Positions 35,860-43,654 of a DNA stretch of 64,000 nt are shown here, piece by piece. The position numbers were made by a program, and so were the translations under genes. Location: positions 16,956 to 80,955 of the forward strand of contig JAZQNO010000032.1 in NCBI GenBank assembly GCA_045627385.1, in the 5' to 3' direction. Numbering within the stretch: the stretch's first letter is position 1; every line of letters starts with the position of its first letter. The notes beneath the pieces were generated by a model. It was not told the origin of the DNA. It saw only the letters and a list, made by a program, of their open reading frames with translations, and did no database searches. Source of the DNA: Bacteroidales bacterium (lineage in GTDB: Bacteria > Bacteroidota > Bacteroidia > Bacteroidales > UBA1402).

Positions 35860-36989
35860 TGGGCAGAAAATCGTCATCCAAACATTCGGGGGGATTCTTC
35901 AAAATGCTGAGAAGGGCCCTGATGGTCACCTTGAATGTGGTGGCGGTCATCCTGCTGCTCATTTGTGCCAAGATACCTCACTTCAGTCCGGCCAACCTGT
36001 TGTTTTCCAATTATCCCAATTATCTGTTTCTTATCCTTTGGCTGGTCAATATGTGCTTCTTCGTCTATTGGCTGCTTAGGTTCAACAAGTGGATCGTCCT
36101 GTCGCTGGTGGCCGGAGTCCTGTGCTTTTCCGACGCACGAATCTGGTTCCCGGTCAATTTTTCCCAAAAAGAGGACACAGTCACTGAACAGAGCATCAAA
36201 GTGTTGACATACAACACGATGCAGTTCTCCAAATACCAACCTCACACCTCTCGCCATCCCAATGCGGTCGTTTCTTATCTGTTGGACAGCGAGGCCGACA
36301 TTCTCTGCCTTCAGGAGGGCGGCTACAAGAAAGAGAGCGAATTCCTGACCCGCGCCTCCCTTCTTGAGGCGATGTCGCGCAAATATCCTTATCATTCAGA
36401 GGCCAAAGTGTATCCTTCGGGCTCCGTCAGCCTGTGGATTTTTTCCAAATATCCCATCGTCGGGCAGAAGCGGCTGATCATCGGGAGCGAAACCAATGCG
36501 GCCCATTATTGCGATATCGACGTCAAAGGTCGGAAAATACGGGTCATCAACAATCATCTGGAATCGAACAAACTGACAGCCAAAGACAAAGACCTGTATC
36601 ACGAGATACTGGAAAAACCCGAGAAAGAGACGGTCAGTTCGATTGCCCATTCCTTGGGAATGAAACTGAGTCCGGCCGCAGTTTCCCGTGCCCATCAGGC
36701 CGAAGTCATTTCGGAAGAAGTCCTCAAGTCGCCCTATCCGGTCATCGTATGCGGCGATTTCAACGACATCCCAAATTCCTACACCTACCGTACGGTCAGG
36801 AAAGGCCTTACGGACGCCTGGGTCAACAACGCCACGGGCATGGGCATTTCATTTCATGAGAAATTCTACCGTTTCCGCATCGATTACATCATGCATTCCC
36901 CCAGTCTCCATTCCTTCGGAACGGGATTGGACAGAAGAGACGCATCTGACCACTATCCGGTTTGGACCTACATCAACTTGCCGCAGTGA
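35859..36989 (+). CDS. Membrane-anchored endonuclease/exonuclease/phosphatase (EEP) family protein
   Basis: 376 aa. N-terminal TM segments. EEP blocks VLTYNT, ADILCLQEG, NNHLES, CGDFND, SDHYPV. Confidence 0.8.
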   Translation: MGRKSSSKHSGGFFKMLRRALMVTLNVVAVILLLICAKIPHFSPANLLFSNYPNYLFLILWLVNMCFFVYWLLRFNKWIVLSLVAGVLCFSDARIWFPVNFSQKEDTVTEQSIKVLTYNTMQFSKYQPHTSRHPNAVVSYLLDSEADILCLQEGGYKKESEFLTRASLLEAMSRKYPYHSEAKVYPSGSVSLWIFSKYPIVGQKRLIIGSETNAAHYCDIDVKGRKIRVINNHLESNKLTAKDKDLYHEILEKPEKETVSSIAHSLGMKLSPAAVSRAHQAEVISEEVLKSPYPVIVCGDFNDIPNSYTYRTVRKGLTDAWVNNATGMGISFHEKFYRFRIDYIMHSPSLHSFGTGLDRRDASDHYPVWTYINLPQ

Positions 36990-39220
36990 TGAATGACTTG
37001 TATGCAGACGTAATCCTGCCTTTGGCCTTTGGAAGCGCCTTCACCTACGCGGTGCCGGCTCAGTGGGCCGATGCCATAAAGGTGGGTTGTCGCGTGGAAG
37101 TGCCTTTGGCATCGCGCAGCTGTCTGGGCGTCGTCTGTCGTCTCCATCATGACAAACCTACGGAATATGCACTGAAAGATATCGCCGAACTGATTGACAA
37201 AGAGCCTCTTGTCCTTCCTTCGCAGCTGACTTTCTGGCAATGGATATCCGACTATTACCTTTGCACTCCGGGTGAGGTGATGAAAGCCGCTTTGCCTTCC
37301 GGTCTGAAGGTGGCCGACGCGTATCGGCCCAAGACCGAAACCTACCTGCGTCTGCCTGCGATGGCCGATGAAGCATGGGAACGTTCGGCTTTGGCCTCAT
37401 TGTCGAGGTCTCCCCGCCAATCGGAAGTCTTCCGCCATTTTCTGTCGATTCCATCGGGAAAAATCTCACGGACAGGTTTCATGGAACAGTCACAGTGCAG
37501 CGCTGCCGTTCTAAAGCAGTTGCTCGACAAAGGTCTTGTCGAGGCCTGTGAAGTGGAAGTGAGCCGCCTGCATGCCGCAAGCGGCCCTCTTAACCCGTTG
37601 AACGCCTTGAGCGCTGCCCAGGAGCAGGCCTTCCAGTCGGTTGTCGCCCAATGGGAAGAGCACGATGTCTGTCTGCTTCATGGGGTGACTTCGAGCGGCA
37701 AGACAGAGATTTACATCCACCTGATCGAACGCTTTCTGGATGAAGGGAAACAGGTGCTGTACCTTTTGCCCGAAATATCGCTGACCACCCAGATGACTTC
37801 CCGTCTCAGCCGGGTTTTCGGAGACAGAATGCTGATTTATCATTCCAAGTTTTCCGACAATGAACGTGCAGAGATTTGGAACCGCATTCTGAAAGGCACA
37901 GGCCCCCAACTGATTGTCGGTGTTCGTTCGGCCGTTTTCCTGCCCTTCACACGATTGGGTCTGGTCGTGGTGGATGAAGAGCACGAAATCTCTTTCAAAC
38001 AGCAGGAACCCGCACCCCGATACCATGCCCGCAACGCGGCGCTGGTGTTGGCCCGGATGTTCGGAGCCAAGGCTGTTCTCGGTTCGGCCACTCCATCGGT
38101 CGAGTCCTACAACAAGGCTCAGGAAGGCAAGTATGGGCTTGTCCGGCTGACGACCCGTTACAGGGATGTCCAGCTGCCTCGCATCGAGGTGGCCGATATG
38201 CGCGAACTCAGGCGCAGAAAACTCGTGAAAGGCCCCTTTTCACCGATACTTCTCGAGCATATCCGCCAAGCTCTCGACGAGGGCGAACAAGTGATACTTT
38301 TCCAGAATCGCCGGGGTTATGCGCCTGTGATAAGTTGCAGAGACTGCGGCTGGACGCCCAAATGCAAACGTTGCGATGTCGGCCTCACCCTTCACAAACA
38401 GACCGGACGGCTGCGATGTCACTATTGCGGTCAGACAGCCGAGATTCCCGATGCCTGTCCGGAATGTCATTCCAAGTCTCTGGAAATCTGTGGATTCGGA
38501 ACCGAGAAAGTAGAGGAGGAACTGGCACTGCATTTCCCTGATGCGCGTGTGGCGCGGATGGATACTGACACGATGCAGAACCGCCATTCCTACGAGCAGC
38601 TCATCGATGATTTTGAAAACGGACGTATCGACATTCTGGTCGGCACCCAGATGCTTACCAAGGGTCTCGATTTCGACCACGTCAGAGTGGTCGGCATTCT
38701 CAATGCGGACCAGATGATGAACATGCCCGATTTCCGTTCCCATGAGCGGGCCTATCAGCTGATGACGCAGGTCAGCGGTCGTGCCGGACGCAAAGGTCCC
38801 CAGGGCATTGTGGTGGTCCAGTCGTCTTCCTCCGACCGGGGGCTGATTGATCAAGTCACCGAAAACGACTACAAGGGCCTGTATGTCGATGAAATGCAAC
38901 AGCGCCACGCCTTCGGCTATCCGCCCTACACCTACCTTATCGACATCTGGCTGAAACATCGGGACAGCGCCATGCTGACAAAAGCGTCCGACTGCTATGC
39001 CTCGTGGTTGCGACAGGCGTTGCCCGATATGGTGTTCGGGCCGTTTTCACCGGCGGTTTCCCGAGTCAAGAACATCTATATCCGCAAAATCACGCTGAAA
39101 GTGCCGCCCGCCTATTCATTGAAAAAAATTAAGACGTATCTTTGCACTGCCTTGGACAGCCTTCATCGGTTTCAAGAGTATCGCCAGGTCCAGGTATTTT
39201 TCGATGTAGATCCCTTGTAA
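36989..39220 (+). CDS. priA: Primosomal protein N' (replication restart helicase PriA)
   Basis: Start trimmed to MNDLYADVILPLAFGSAFTYAVP (TGATG overlap with the EEP stop). Walker A GVTSSGKTE, DEEH VVVDEEHE, Cys-rich zinc-binding region CRDCGW..CKRCD..CHYCG..CPEC. Confidence 0.9.
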   Translation: MNDLYADVILPLAFGSAFTYAVPAQWADAIKVGCRVEVPLASRSCLGVVCRLHHDKPTEYALKDIAELIDKEPLVLPSQLTFWQWISDYYLCTPGEVMKAALPSGLKVADAYRPKTETYLRLPAMADEAWERSALASLSRSPRQSEVFRHFLSIPSGKISRTGFMEQSQCSAAVLKQLLDKGLVEACEVEVSRLHAASGPLNPLNALSAAQEQAFQSVVAQWEEHDVCLLHGVTSSGKTEIYIHLIERFLDEGKQVLYLLPEISLTTQMTSRLSRVFGDRMLIYHSKFSDNERAEIWNRILKGTGPQLIVGVRSAVFLPFTRLGLVVVDEEHEISFKQQEPAPRYHARNAALVLARMFGAKAVLGSATPSVESYNKAQEGKYGLVRLTTRYRDVQLPRIEVADMRELRRRKLVKGPFSPILLEHIRQALDEGEQVILFQNRRGYAPVISCRDCGWTPKCKRCDVGLTLHKQTGRLRCHYCGQTAEIPDACPECHSKSLEICGFGTEKVEEELALHFPDARVARMDTDTMQNRHSYEQLIDDFENGRIDILVGTQMLTKGLDFDHVRVVGILNADQMMNMPDFRSHERAYQLMTQVSGRAGRKGPQGIVVVQSSSSDRGLIDQVTENDYKGLYVDEMQQRHAFGYPPYTYLIDIWLKHRDSAMLTKASDCYASWLRQALPDMVFGPFSPAVSRVKNIYIRKITLKVPPAYSLKKIKTYLCTALDSLHRFQEYRQVQVFFDVDPL

Positions 39221-39221
39221 C

Positions 39222-40178
39222 ATGACGCTCGGACTTTCCATTATCGCCATCATCCTTGGTTTTGCCTTGGTTACATTTTCCGCCGACTGGCTGGTCGACG
39301 GAGCATCGGCCATTGCCAAGAGGCTCAATGTGTCGGATCTGGTGATAGGCCTCACCGTTGTGGCATTCGGCACTTCGGCTCCCGAACTGATTGTCAATAT
39401 TGTAGCGGCCGGTAAAGGCAGCACCGAAATAGCCATCACAAACATCTTGGGCAGCAATGCCATCAATATCTTTGTCGTGTTGGGCATGTCGGCGCTGTTC
39501 TGCCCGCTGGCAGTTCAGAAATCGACGATGAAATTCGAGCTGCCGCTGAGCGTTCTGGCACCTCTGGCGGTCATTCTCTTCGGCCTCGACTTCTTCCTGC
39601 CTACGCGGGCAGGGGAGGCGGGCATCCATTGGATCGAGGGCCTCATCCTGTTGCTGTTTTTCGCAGCTTTCATGTGCCACTGTTTCAGTCAGGTAAAAGC
39701 TGAAGGCAATACGTCCGACGAGGTCAAGACTATGAAGCTGTGGAAGGCCATTGTGCTGGTTCTCGTCGGCTTGGCCGGACTGATAGCGAGCGGGGAAATC
39801 ATTGTGGACAGTGCCGTTTTCATCGCCCGTTCCTTGGGTGTCAGCGACGCTGTCATAGGTGTCACAATCGTGGCTTTTGGCACTTCATTGCCCGAGTTGG
39901 CCACTTCGGTGGTGGCTGCTGCCAAGAAACGGGTCGACCTGGCCATCGGCAATGTGGTGGGTTCTAACATTTTCAACGTCTTCTGCATTTTGGGCGTCAG
40001 CGCGCTGATCCATCCGCTGGACAGTTATTCGAATCTTTTGGCGGATGCTTTGGTGGCCGCGTTGGGCAGTCTGATGGTGTTCCTGTTTCTCTTGGGCAAG
40101 AAACATCGGGTGGGCCATTGGCAGGGACTGCTTCTCCTGCTGGTCTATGCGGCTTATCTCTATTGGCTTTTGAGGTAG
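39222..40178 (+). CDS. Calcium/sodium:cation antiporter (CaCA/YrbG family)
   Basis: 318 aa. Duplicated alpha-repeats GLTVVAFGTSAPEL and GVTIVAFGTSLPEL. Confidence 0.9.
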   Translation: MTLGLSIIAIILGFALVTFSADWLVDGASAIAKRLNVSDLVIGLTVVAFGTSAPELIVNIVAAGKGSTEIAITNILGSNAINIFVVLGMSALFCPLAVQKSTMKFELPLSVLAPLAVILFGLDFFLPTRAGEAGIHWIEGLILLLFFAAFMCHCFSQVKAEGNTSDEVKTMKLWKAIVLVLVGLAGLIASGEIIVDSAVFIARSLGVSDAVIGVTIVAFGTSLPELATSVVAAAKKRVDLAIGNVVGSNIFNVFCILGVSALIHPLDSYSNLLADALVAALGSLMVFLFLLGKKHRVGHWQGLLLLLVYAAYLYWLLR

Positions 40179-40212
40179 GGGCGATTCCATAGAATCGGAG
40201 AGGCTGTGTCTC

Positions 40213-40566
40213 TCAGGTCCCAATGGCCAGATTGGCCTCGCGTTGCTCGGCACATCCCCGCGGCTGACACCTCGTGCCGATTTGACTTGATTCCGTTATT
40301 TCGTAGTCTGCAAACAGCCCAGGCGGTAATGATAATTTGGACAATTTTCCAAATTCGACAGCCTCAGAAAAGTCATATGCGTCATCGATGCCATCAAAAA
40401 TAACAATCTCGGATTCGGAAACGACGCCAAAGAACTTAGCAATGTTGACTGCGCCAATGCGAACTTGGATTACAGGATATTCGAGGAGTTTGCTTAGTAT
40501 CTGATCGATCTTGTGCAGAGCAAGAGGCTTGACATGGAGCCCATTCTAGATGGAAATTTCCGACAT
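40213..40566 (-). pseudogene. Small ORF (118 codons) interrupted by an in-frame TAG at codon 7; product unknown
   Basis: Hand translation: MSEISI*NGLHVKPLALHKIDQILSKLLEYPVIQVRIGAVNIAKFFGVVSESEIVIFDGIDDAYDFSEAVEFGKLSKLSLPPGLFADYEITESSQIGTRCQPRGCAEQREANLAIGT*. A 110-codon open stretch in AT-rich DNA whose last ~17 codons are encoded by direct-repeat copy 1. Confidence 0.4.
40230..40269. repeat. Direct repeat copy 1 (40 nt)
   Basis: GATTGGCCTCGCGTTGCTCGGCACATCCCCGCGGCTGACA. Confidence 0.9.
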
Positions 40567-40961
40567 TCGGTTCCGATTTCATTGTCTTTGATTTAGTCAA
40601 TGCCGAAATAATAATAGAGTGTGTTTTTAATATTAAATGTTAGAACACCAGTAGCCAATTATTAATCATACAGACCTTTGATAATTGCTAATACACAACA
40701 AGTTGGCTACGTGAATCAGCATGAGCAATTTGAAATGATTTCTTATTATTGCAGCTTGAAAATGATTCGGGCACACATGAATAGAGAATAATATCTCCAG
40801 TCAACTCGTGGAGGTTTTGCCATAAAAGAATACTATAAGATGGTAAAGCGATTCGATTTGGATAAGTGGACTAGTCCACGTCTCGCAGGAACTAAATTTG
40901 AGTATTGAATATTAATTATAAAAATTGGTCTAATTTATTTGGCCACTAGTGATGTTGGAAT

Positions 40962-40969
40962 TATATTTG
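40962..40969 (+). promoter_or_regulatory. -7 box TAtaTTTG upstream of the island gene
   Basis: TATATTTG lies 35 nt upstream of ATG 41005. Confidence 0.4.
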
Positions 40970-41004
40970 CTGAAACAATGTAAAACATTCTAAATTTTAT
41001 TCGT

Positions 41005-41808
41005 ATGAAACATCAAAACTTTTTCGGATTCCGATTCAATATAATAAAATGGGCAGTGCTGTTGCTGCTTTGTCTGCTGCCGTTCGTAGGGAGATCCCAG
41101 TCTGATTCAACCGTCCGTTTACCTGAATCGAAAGTTGTCGGCAGTAGCCTATACGAGACCGGAAAAACCTTGATGTGGACTGCCGCGTCCGTGTCCTTGA
41201 CAAGCATGGTCTTTTATTTGGGCCATTGTTTGAACCCCGAAGAATCAGGAAGTGGCGAGTGTCATTCGACTGATGTGTCCTTATTAGTCCCTATGGCAGG
41301 ATTGGCCTCCGGTGCCGCTTTGGTGTTGGTGGGTCTGCCGTGTTATCTGTTGGGAAAGGGTCAAATCAATCGAAGCGGTTCGGATTTCATCGTCAGTTAC
41401 GATGATTTGCCCGGTCTGACGGGTATTTTCGAATTGTCGGGAGGATTACCTCCATTCATAGGTTATGACGCAATTTTGGGCTGGCAATTCCAGAAAGCTC
41501 TTTTTCTGGGAGCCGGGGCAGGCTACAGGATGATGTCTTCCAGCGGAGACAATATCCCATTGATTTATGCCAATGGGAGATATTCGTTCGATTGCGGGAA
41601 GTCATCTCCATACCTGGGACTGCGTCTGGGCTATACAGCGAAACTTTCTGAAAGGTATCTGTCTTTTGAGTCGGGTGCCAAAATCCGTACATCCAAGGGG
41701 AAAGAAGGCATGACGTGGTGGATTGGCTCTCAGGTGGAATCCCTCAGTAAGGATGACGTTTTATTGTCACTGAAACTCAGTGCGTCGTTCAGTGTCTCCA
41801 ACAAGTAA
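41005..41808 (+). CDS. Hypothetical secreted/membrane protein (267 aa), orphan
   Basis: Signal-like WAVLLLLCLLPFVGRSQS. Two hydrophobic segments (LMWTAASVSLTSMVFYL, LLVPMAGLASGAALVLVGLPCYLL). C-terminal half has beta-strand-like alternation (YLGLRLGYTA, LLSLKLSASFSV). No family recognised. Confidence 0.6.
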   Translation: MKHQNFFGFRFNIIKWAVLLLLCLLPFVGRSQSDSTVRLPESKVVGSSLYETGKTLMWTAASVSLTSMVFYLGHCLNPEESGSGECHSTDVSLLVPMAGLASGAALVLVGLPCYLLGKGQINRSGSDFIVSYDDLPGLTGIFELSGGLPPFIGYDAILGWQFQKALFLGAGAGYRMMSSSGDNIPLIYANGRYSFDCGKSSPYLGLRLGYTAKLSERYLSFESGAKIRTSKGKEGMTWWIGSQVESLSKDDVLLSLKLSASFSVSNK

Positions 41809-41831
41809 GTTGGTGTATATGTTGTCTGTGG

Positions 41832-41871
41832 GATTGGCCTCGCGTTGCACGGCACATCCCCGCGGCTGACA
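41832..41871. repeat. Direct repeat copy 2 (40 nt, 39/40 identical to copy 1)
   Basis: GATTGGCCTCGCGTTGCACGGCACATCCCCGCGGCTGACA. Confidence 0.9.
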
Positions 41872-41890
41872 AAGTGCGAACAGTGGCTGG

Positions 41891-41919
41891 GATTGGCCTC
41901 GCGTTGCTCGGCACATCCC
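41891..41919. repeat. Direct repeat copy 3 (29 nt, identical to the first 29 nt of copy 1)
   Basis: GATTGGCCTCGCGTTGCTCGGCACATCCC, starting 59 nt after the start of copy 2. Confidence 0.9.
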
Positions 41920-41942
41920 TTCCCCTGCCGGGGGCATTCCAA

Positions 41943-42068
41943 CAAACAAAATAGCCGCAAGTTTCTTGCGGCTGCTTTTTGCAAAAAACGTCAGCCGCTC
42001 GAGAGTGAACTCTCGGCGGCTGCCTTATTTTTGCAAAAAGACCCGACTTTGTCGGGCTATTTTGTTTG
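41943..42068. terminator. Array of three bidirectional hairpin terminators bounded by a 14-nt inverted repeat
   Basis: Hairpins at 41953-41973 (AGCCGCAAG/CTTGCGGCT), 41992-42022 (CAGCCGCTCGAGAG/CTCTCGGCGGCTG) and 42042-42056 (CCCGAC/GTCGGG). They are separated by palindromic TTTTTGCAAAAA. Outer arms are CAAACAAAATAGCC and GGCTATTTTGTTTG. Confidence 0.6.
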
Positions 42069-42142
42069 TGAATCGGCTGGGATTCGAACCCAGGACCTAC
42101 AGCTTAGAAGGCTGTTGCTCTATCCAGCTGAGCTACCGATCC
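42069..42142 (-). tRNA. tRNA-Arg (anticodon TCT)
   Basis: Reverse strand GGATCGG-TA-GCTC-AGCTGGATA-GAGC-A-ACAGC-CTTCTAA-GCTGT-AGGTC-CTGGG-TTCGAAT-CCCAG-CCGATTC-A. Confidence 0.9.
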
Positions 42143-42191
42143 GGCCTTTTTTGCGGGCGCAAAGTTAAGCAAAGCGGCCAAAAGCGCAAAA

Positions 42192-43571
42192 TTATTTTTC
42201 CATCATCAGTCGTTCATACTCGCAGGAAGCCAGCGTGAAAGAGCCGAGGGCCTTGCCCTCGTTGTAGGTCATGCCCGTGTCGCCGCCGCAGAGGTAGTAG
42301 TTGATGGTGCCGGTGCGGTTCTGGTTGCGGGCGGGTCCCAAGCCGGCGGAAGCGCACACCTGGAGTATGTTGATGCTGCCGTCGGGATTTTCGGTGATGA
42401 AATTGTCCAGAAGGCCCTGATAGGCTTTCAGTGCGACAGGTTTGAACTTCTTTTCAGAAAGAAGCCCCAATCGCAGGCCTTTCAGATAGGCATAAGTGAA
42501 CATACTCGATGCAGAGGATTCCAGATAATTGGCGTTGGTGCCGGCATTGTATCCCGTTTTGCGTCCCGAGGCTTCGGCTGCGGCGGCAATGGCTTCCGCG
42601 CCGACGGCCAGTTTGCCGTTTCCATCGATGAAATCGCCCATGGGATCGGCGCAAAGGGTTTCGTCATATTGGAGTAACTGGTACCAGCTGCCGCTTTCGC
42701 TCTGCCAGCGGGCCAGGCCTTTGGCCACCTGACGGTAAATCTTGAGGACTTTCTTATAGTCGGGATGATTTTGGGGCATCACTTCCAGCACGTCGGTCAG
42801 AGCGGCAAAGAACCAGCCTTCGCCACGGCCCCAGAATTCCTGAGAACAGCCGTAATGCGGCTTGGTTTCGCGTGCCCAGAAAGAATTCGCGTCGGTGGGA
42901 TTGGCCGACCAAGCGTGGTAATTCAACTTTTTCTTCTTGTCCCAAGTGTAGCGGTGGATGGTTTTGAACTGGAGTGCGATGTCGGACCACGCTTCCATAT
43001 CGTCCTTTTCACCGAACATGTCTTCCCATTCAGCCAGGAAGGCGGCGCCCATGTAAAGCCCGTCGAGCCACATCTGGTCGGGATAACGTGCCTTGTGGAT
43101 GAAACAGCCGGCGCCGGGAAGCGGGGCCTGAATACGTGTATGGTTGTATTTCAGCTTGTTGCGCATGTAGGTGGCCGCTTCTTCGTATTGTTGTGCGGAG
43201 ACTTCGTCGCCGACCGACATGCTGTAGCGGTAAAGGTCGAAGAAAATCTTGCCGGCATTGATGGCGTCGATGTCGTTGTCGCCGATGCGGACCGGGCGTT
43301 CGCTGTCGCCGGTCAGATGACGGTCGGCGTAGGCTTTGACGTATTCGGCATATTCGGTTTTTTCGGGATAGAGTCCGTAAGTGACCAGCACGCCTTTGGC
43401 AACCAGTCCCGGAACATAGCTGAAACCGGCGGTGGTCAGGGTGTTGGTCTTGTAGCCGTCATTGAAGTTCTGAAGGCTGAGAGACTCGACGATTCTCTGA
43501 GAATAAGGCTGTTGGCCGAAAGTGAGCAGGCTGCAGAAAAGAGCGGCCGTCAGTAGATGAAATCTTTTCAT
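42192..43571 (-). CDS. Glycoside hydrolase family 88/105 (unsaturated uronyl/rhamnogalacturonyl hydrolase, PF07470-type)
   Basis: Start trimmed to MKRFHLLTAALFCSLLTFGQQ. Blocks QMWLDGLYMGAAFLAEW and WGRGEGWFFAAL are typical of the family. Confidence 0.8.
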   Translation of the reverse strand: MKRFHLLTAALFCSLLTFGQQPYSQRIVESLSLQNFNDGYKTNTLTTAGFSYVPGLVAKGVLVTYGLYPEKTEYAEYVKAYADRHLTGDSERPVRIGDNDIDAINAGKIFFDLYRYSMSVGDEVSAQQYEEAATYMRNKLKYNHTRIQAPLPGAGCFIHKARYPDQMWLDGLYMGAAFLAEWEDMFGEKDDMEAWSDIALQFKTIHRYTWDKKKKLNYHAWSANPTDANSFWARETKPHYGCSQEFWGRGEGWFFAALTDVLEVMPQNHPDYKKVLKIYRQVAKGLARWQSESGSWYQLLQYDETLCADPMGDFIDGNGKLAVGAEAIAAAAEASGRKTGYNAGTNANYLESSASSMFTYAYLKGLRLGLLSEKKFKPVALKAYQGLLDNFITENPDGSINILQVCASAGLGPARNQNRTGTINYYLCGGDTGMTYNEGKALGSFTLASCEYERLMMEK

Positions 43572-43613
43572 TTGGATCCATTTATTTGCTCGGTAAAAAT
43601 AGCGAATTATTGT

Positions 43614-43621
43614 TACCTTTG
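43614..43621 (+). promoter_or_regulatory. -7 box TAccTTTG upstream of fabD
   Basis: TACCTTTG lies 33 nt upstream of ATG 43655. Confidence 0.45.
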
Positions 43622-43654
43622 CAGTGAAATGCATGGTTTTAAACATAAAAAATT

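Larger units (their letters stand above)
40270..41831. other. AT-rich 1,562-bp insertion bracketed by direct repeats (possible decayed integrative element)
   Basis: Lies between repeat copies 1 and 2. Visibly AT-rich relative to both flanks, especially 40560-41000. No integrase or transposase ORF. Confidence 0.4.

Noticed and set aside
40206-40403. A 65-aa plus-strand ORF crossing direct-repeat copy 1.
   Set aside because: It has a non-ATG start, is antisense to the longer amber-interrupted frame, and has no motif. The opposite strand has the stronger coding signal.
41832-41919. Two tandem repeat copies 59 nt apart could look like a mini CRISPR array.
   Set aside because: There are only two adjacent copies, the second truncated, plus one distant copy. 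There are no cas genes and no regular spacer series. The arrangement is better explained as att-like or REP-like direct repeats.
40179-42191. I looked for an integrase, transposase, toxin-antitoxin pair or defence gene in or beside the AT-rich insertion. I also looked across the whole window for RM, CBASS, retron, DGR or prophage modules.
   Set aside because: None of the translated frames shows tyrosine/serine recombinase, DDE, HNH, reverse-transcriptase, methyltransferase or known defence motifs. The window is otherwise core-like, so I make no claim of a defence or mobile system beyond the repeat-bracketed remnant.
41845-42238. ORFs 41845..42168 and 41966..42238 (+), and also 16853..17227 (-) and 22899..23135 (-).
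   Set aside because: They run across tRNA genes and terminator hairpins, so they are spurious.
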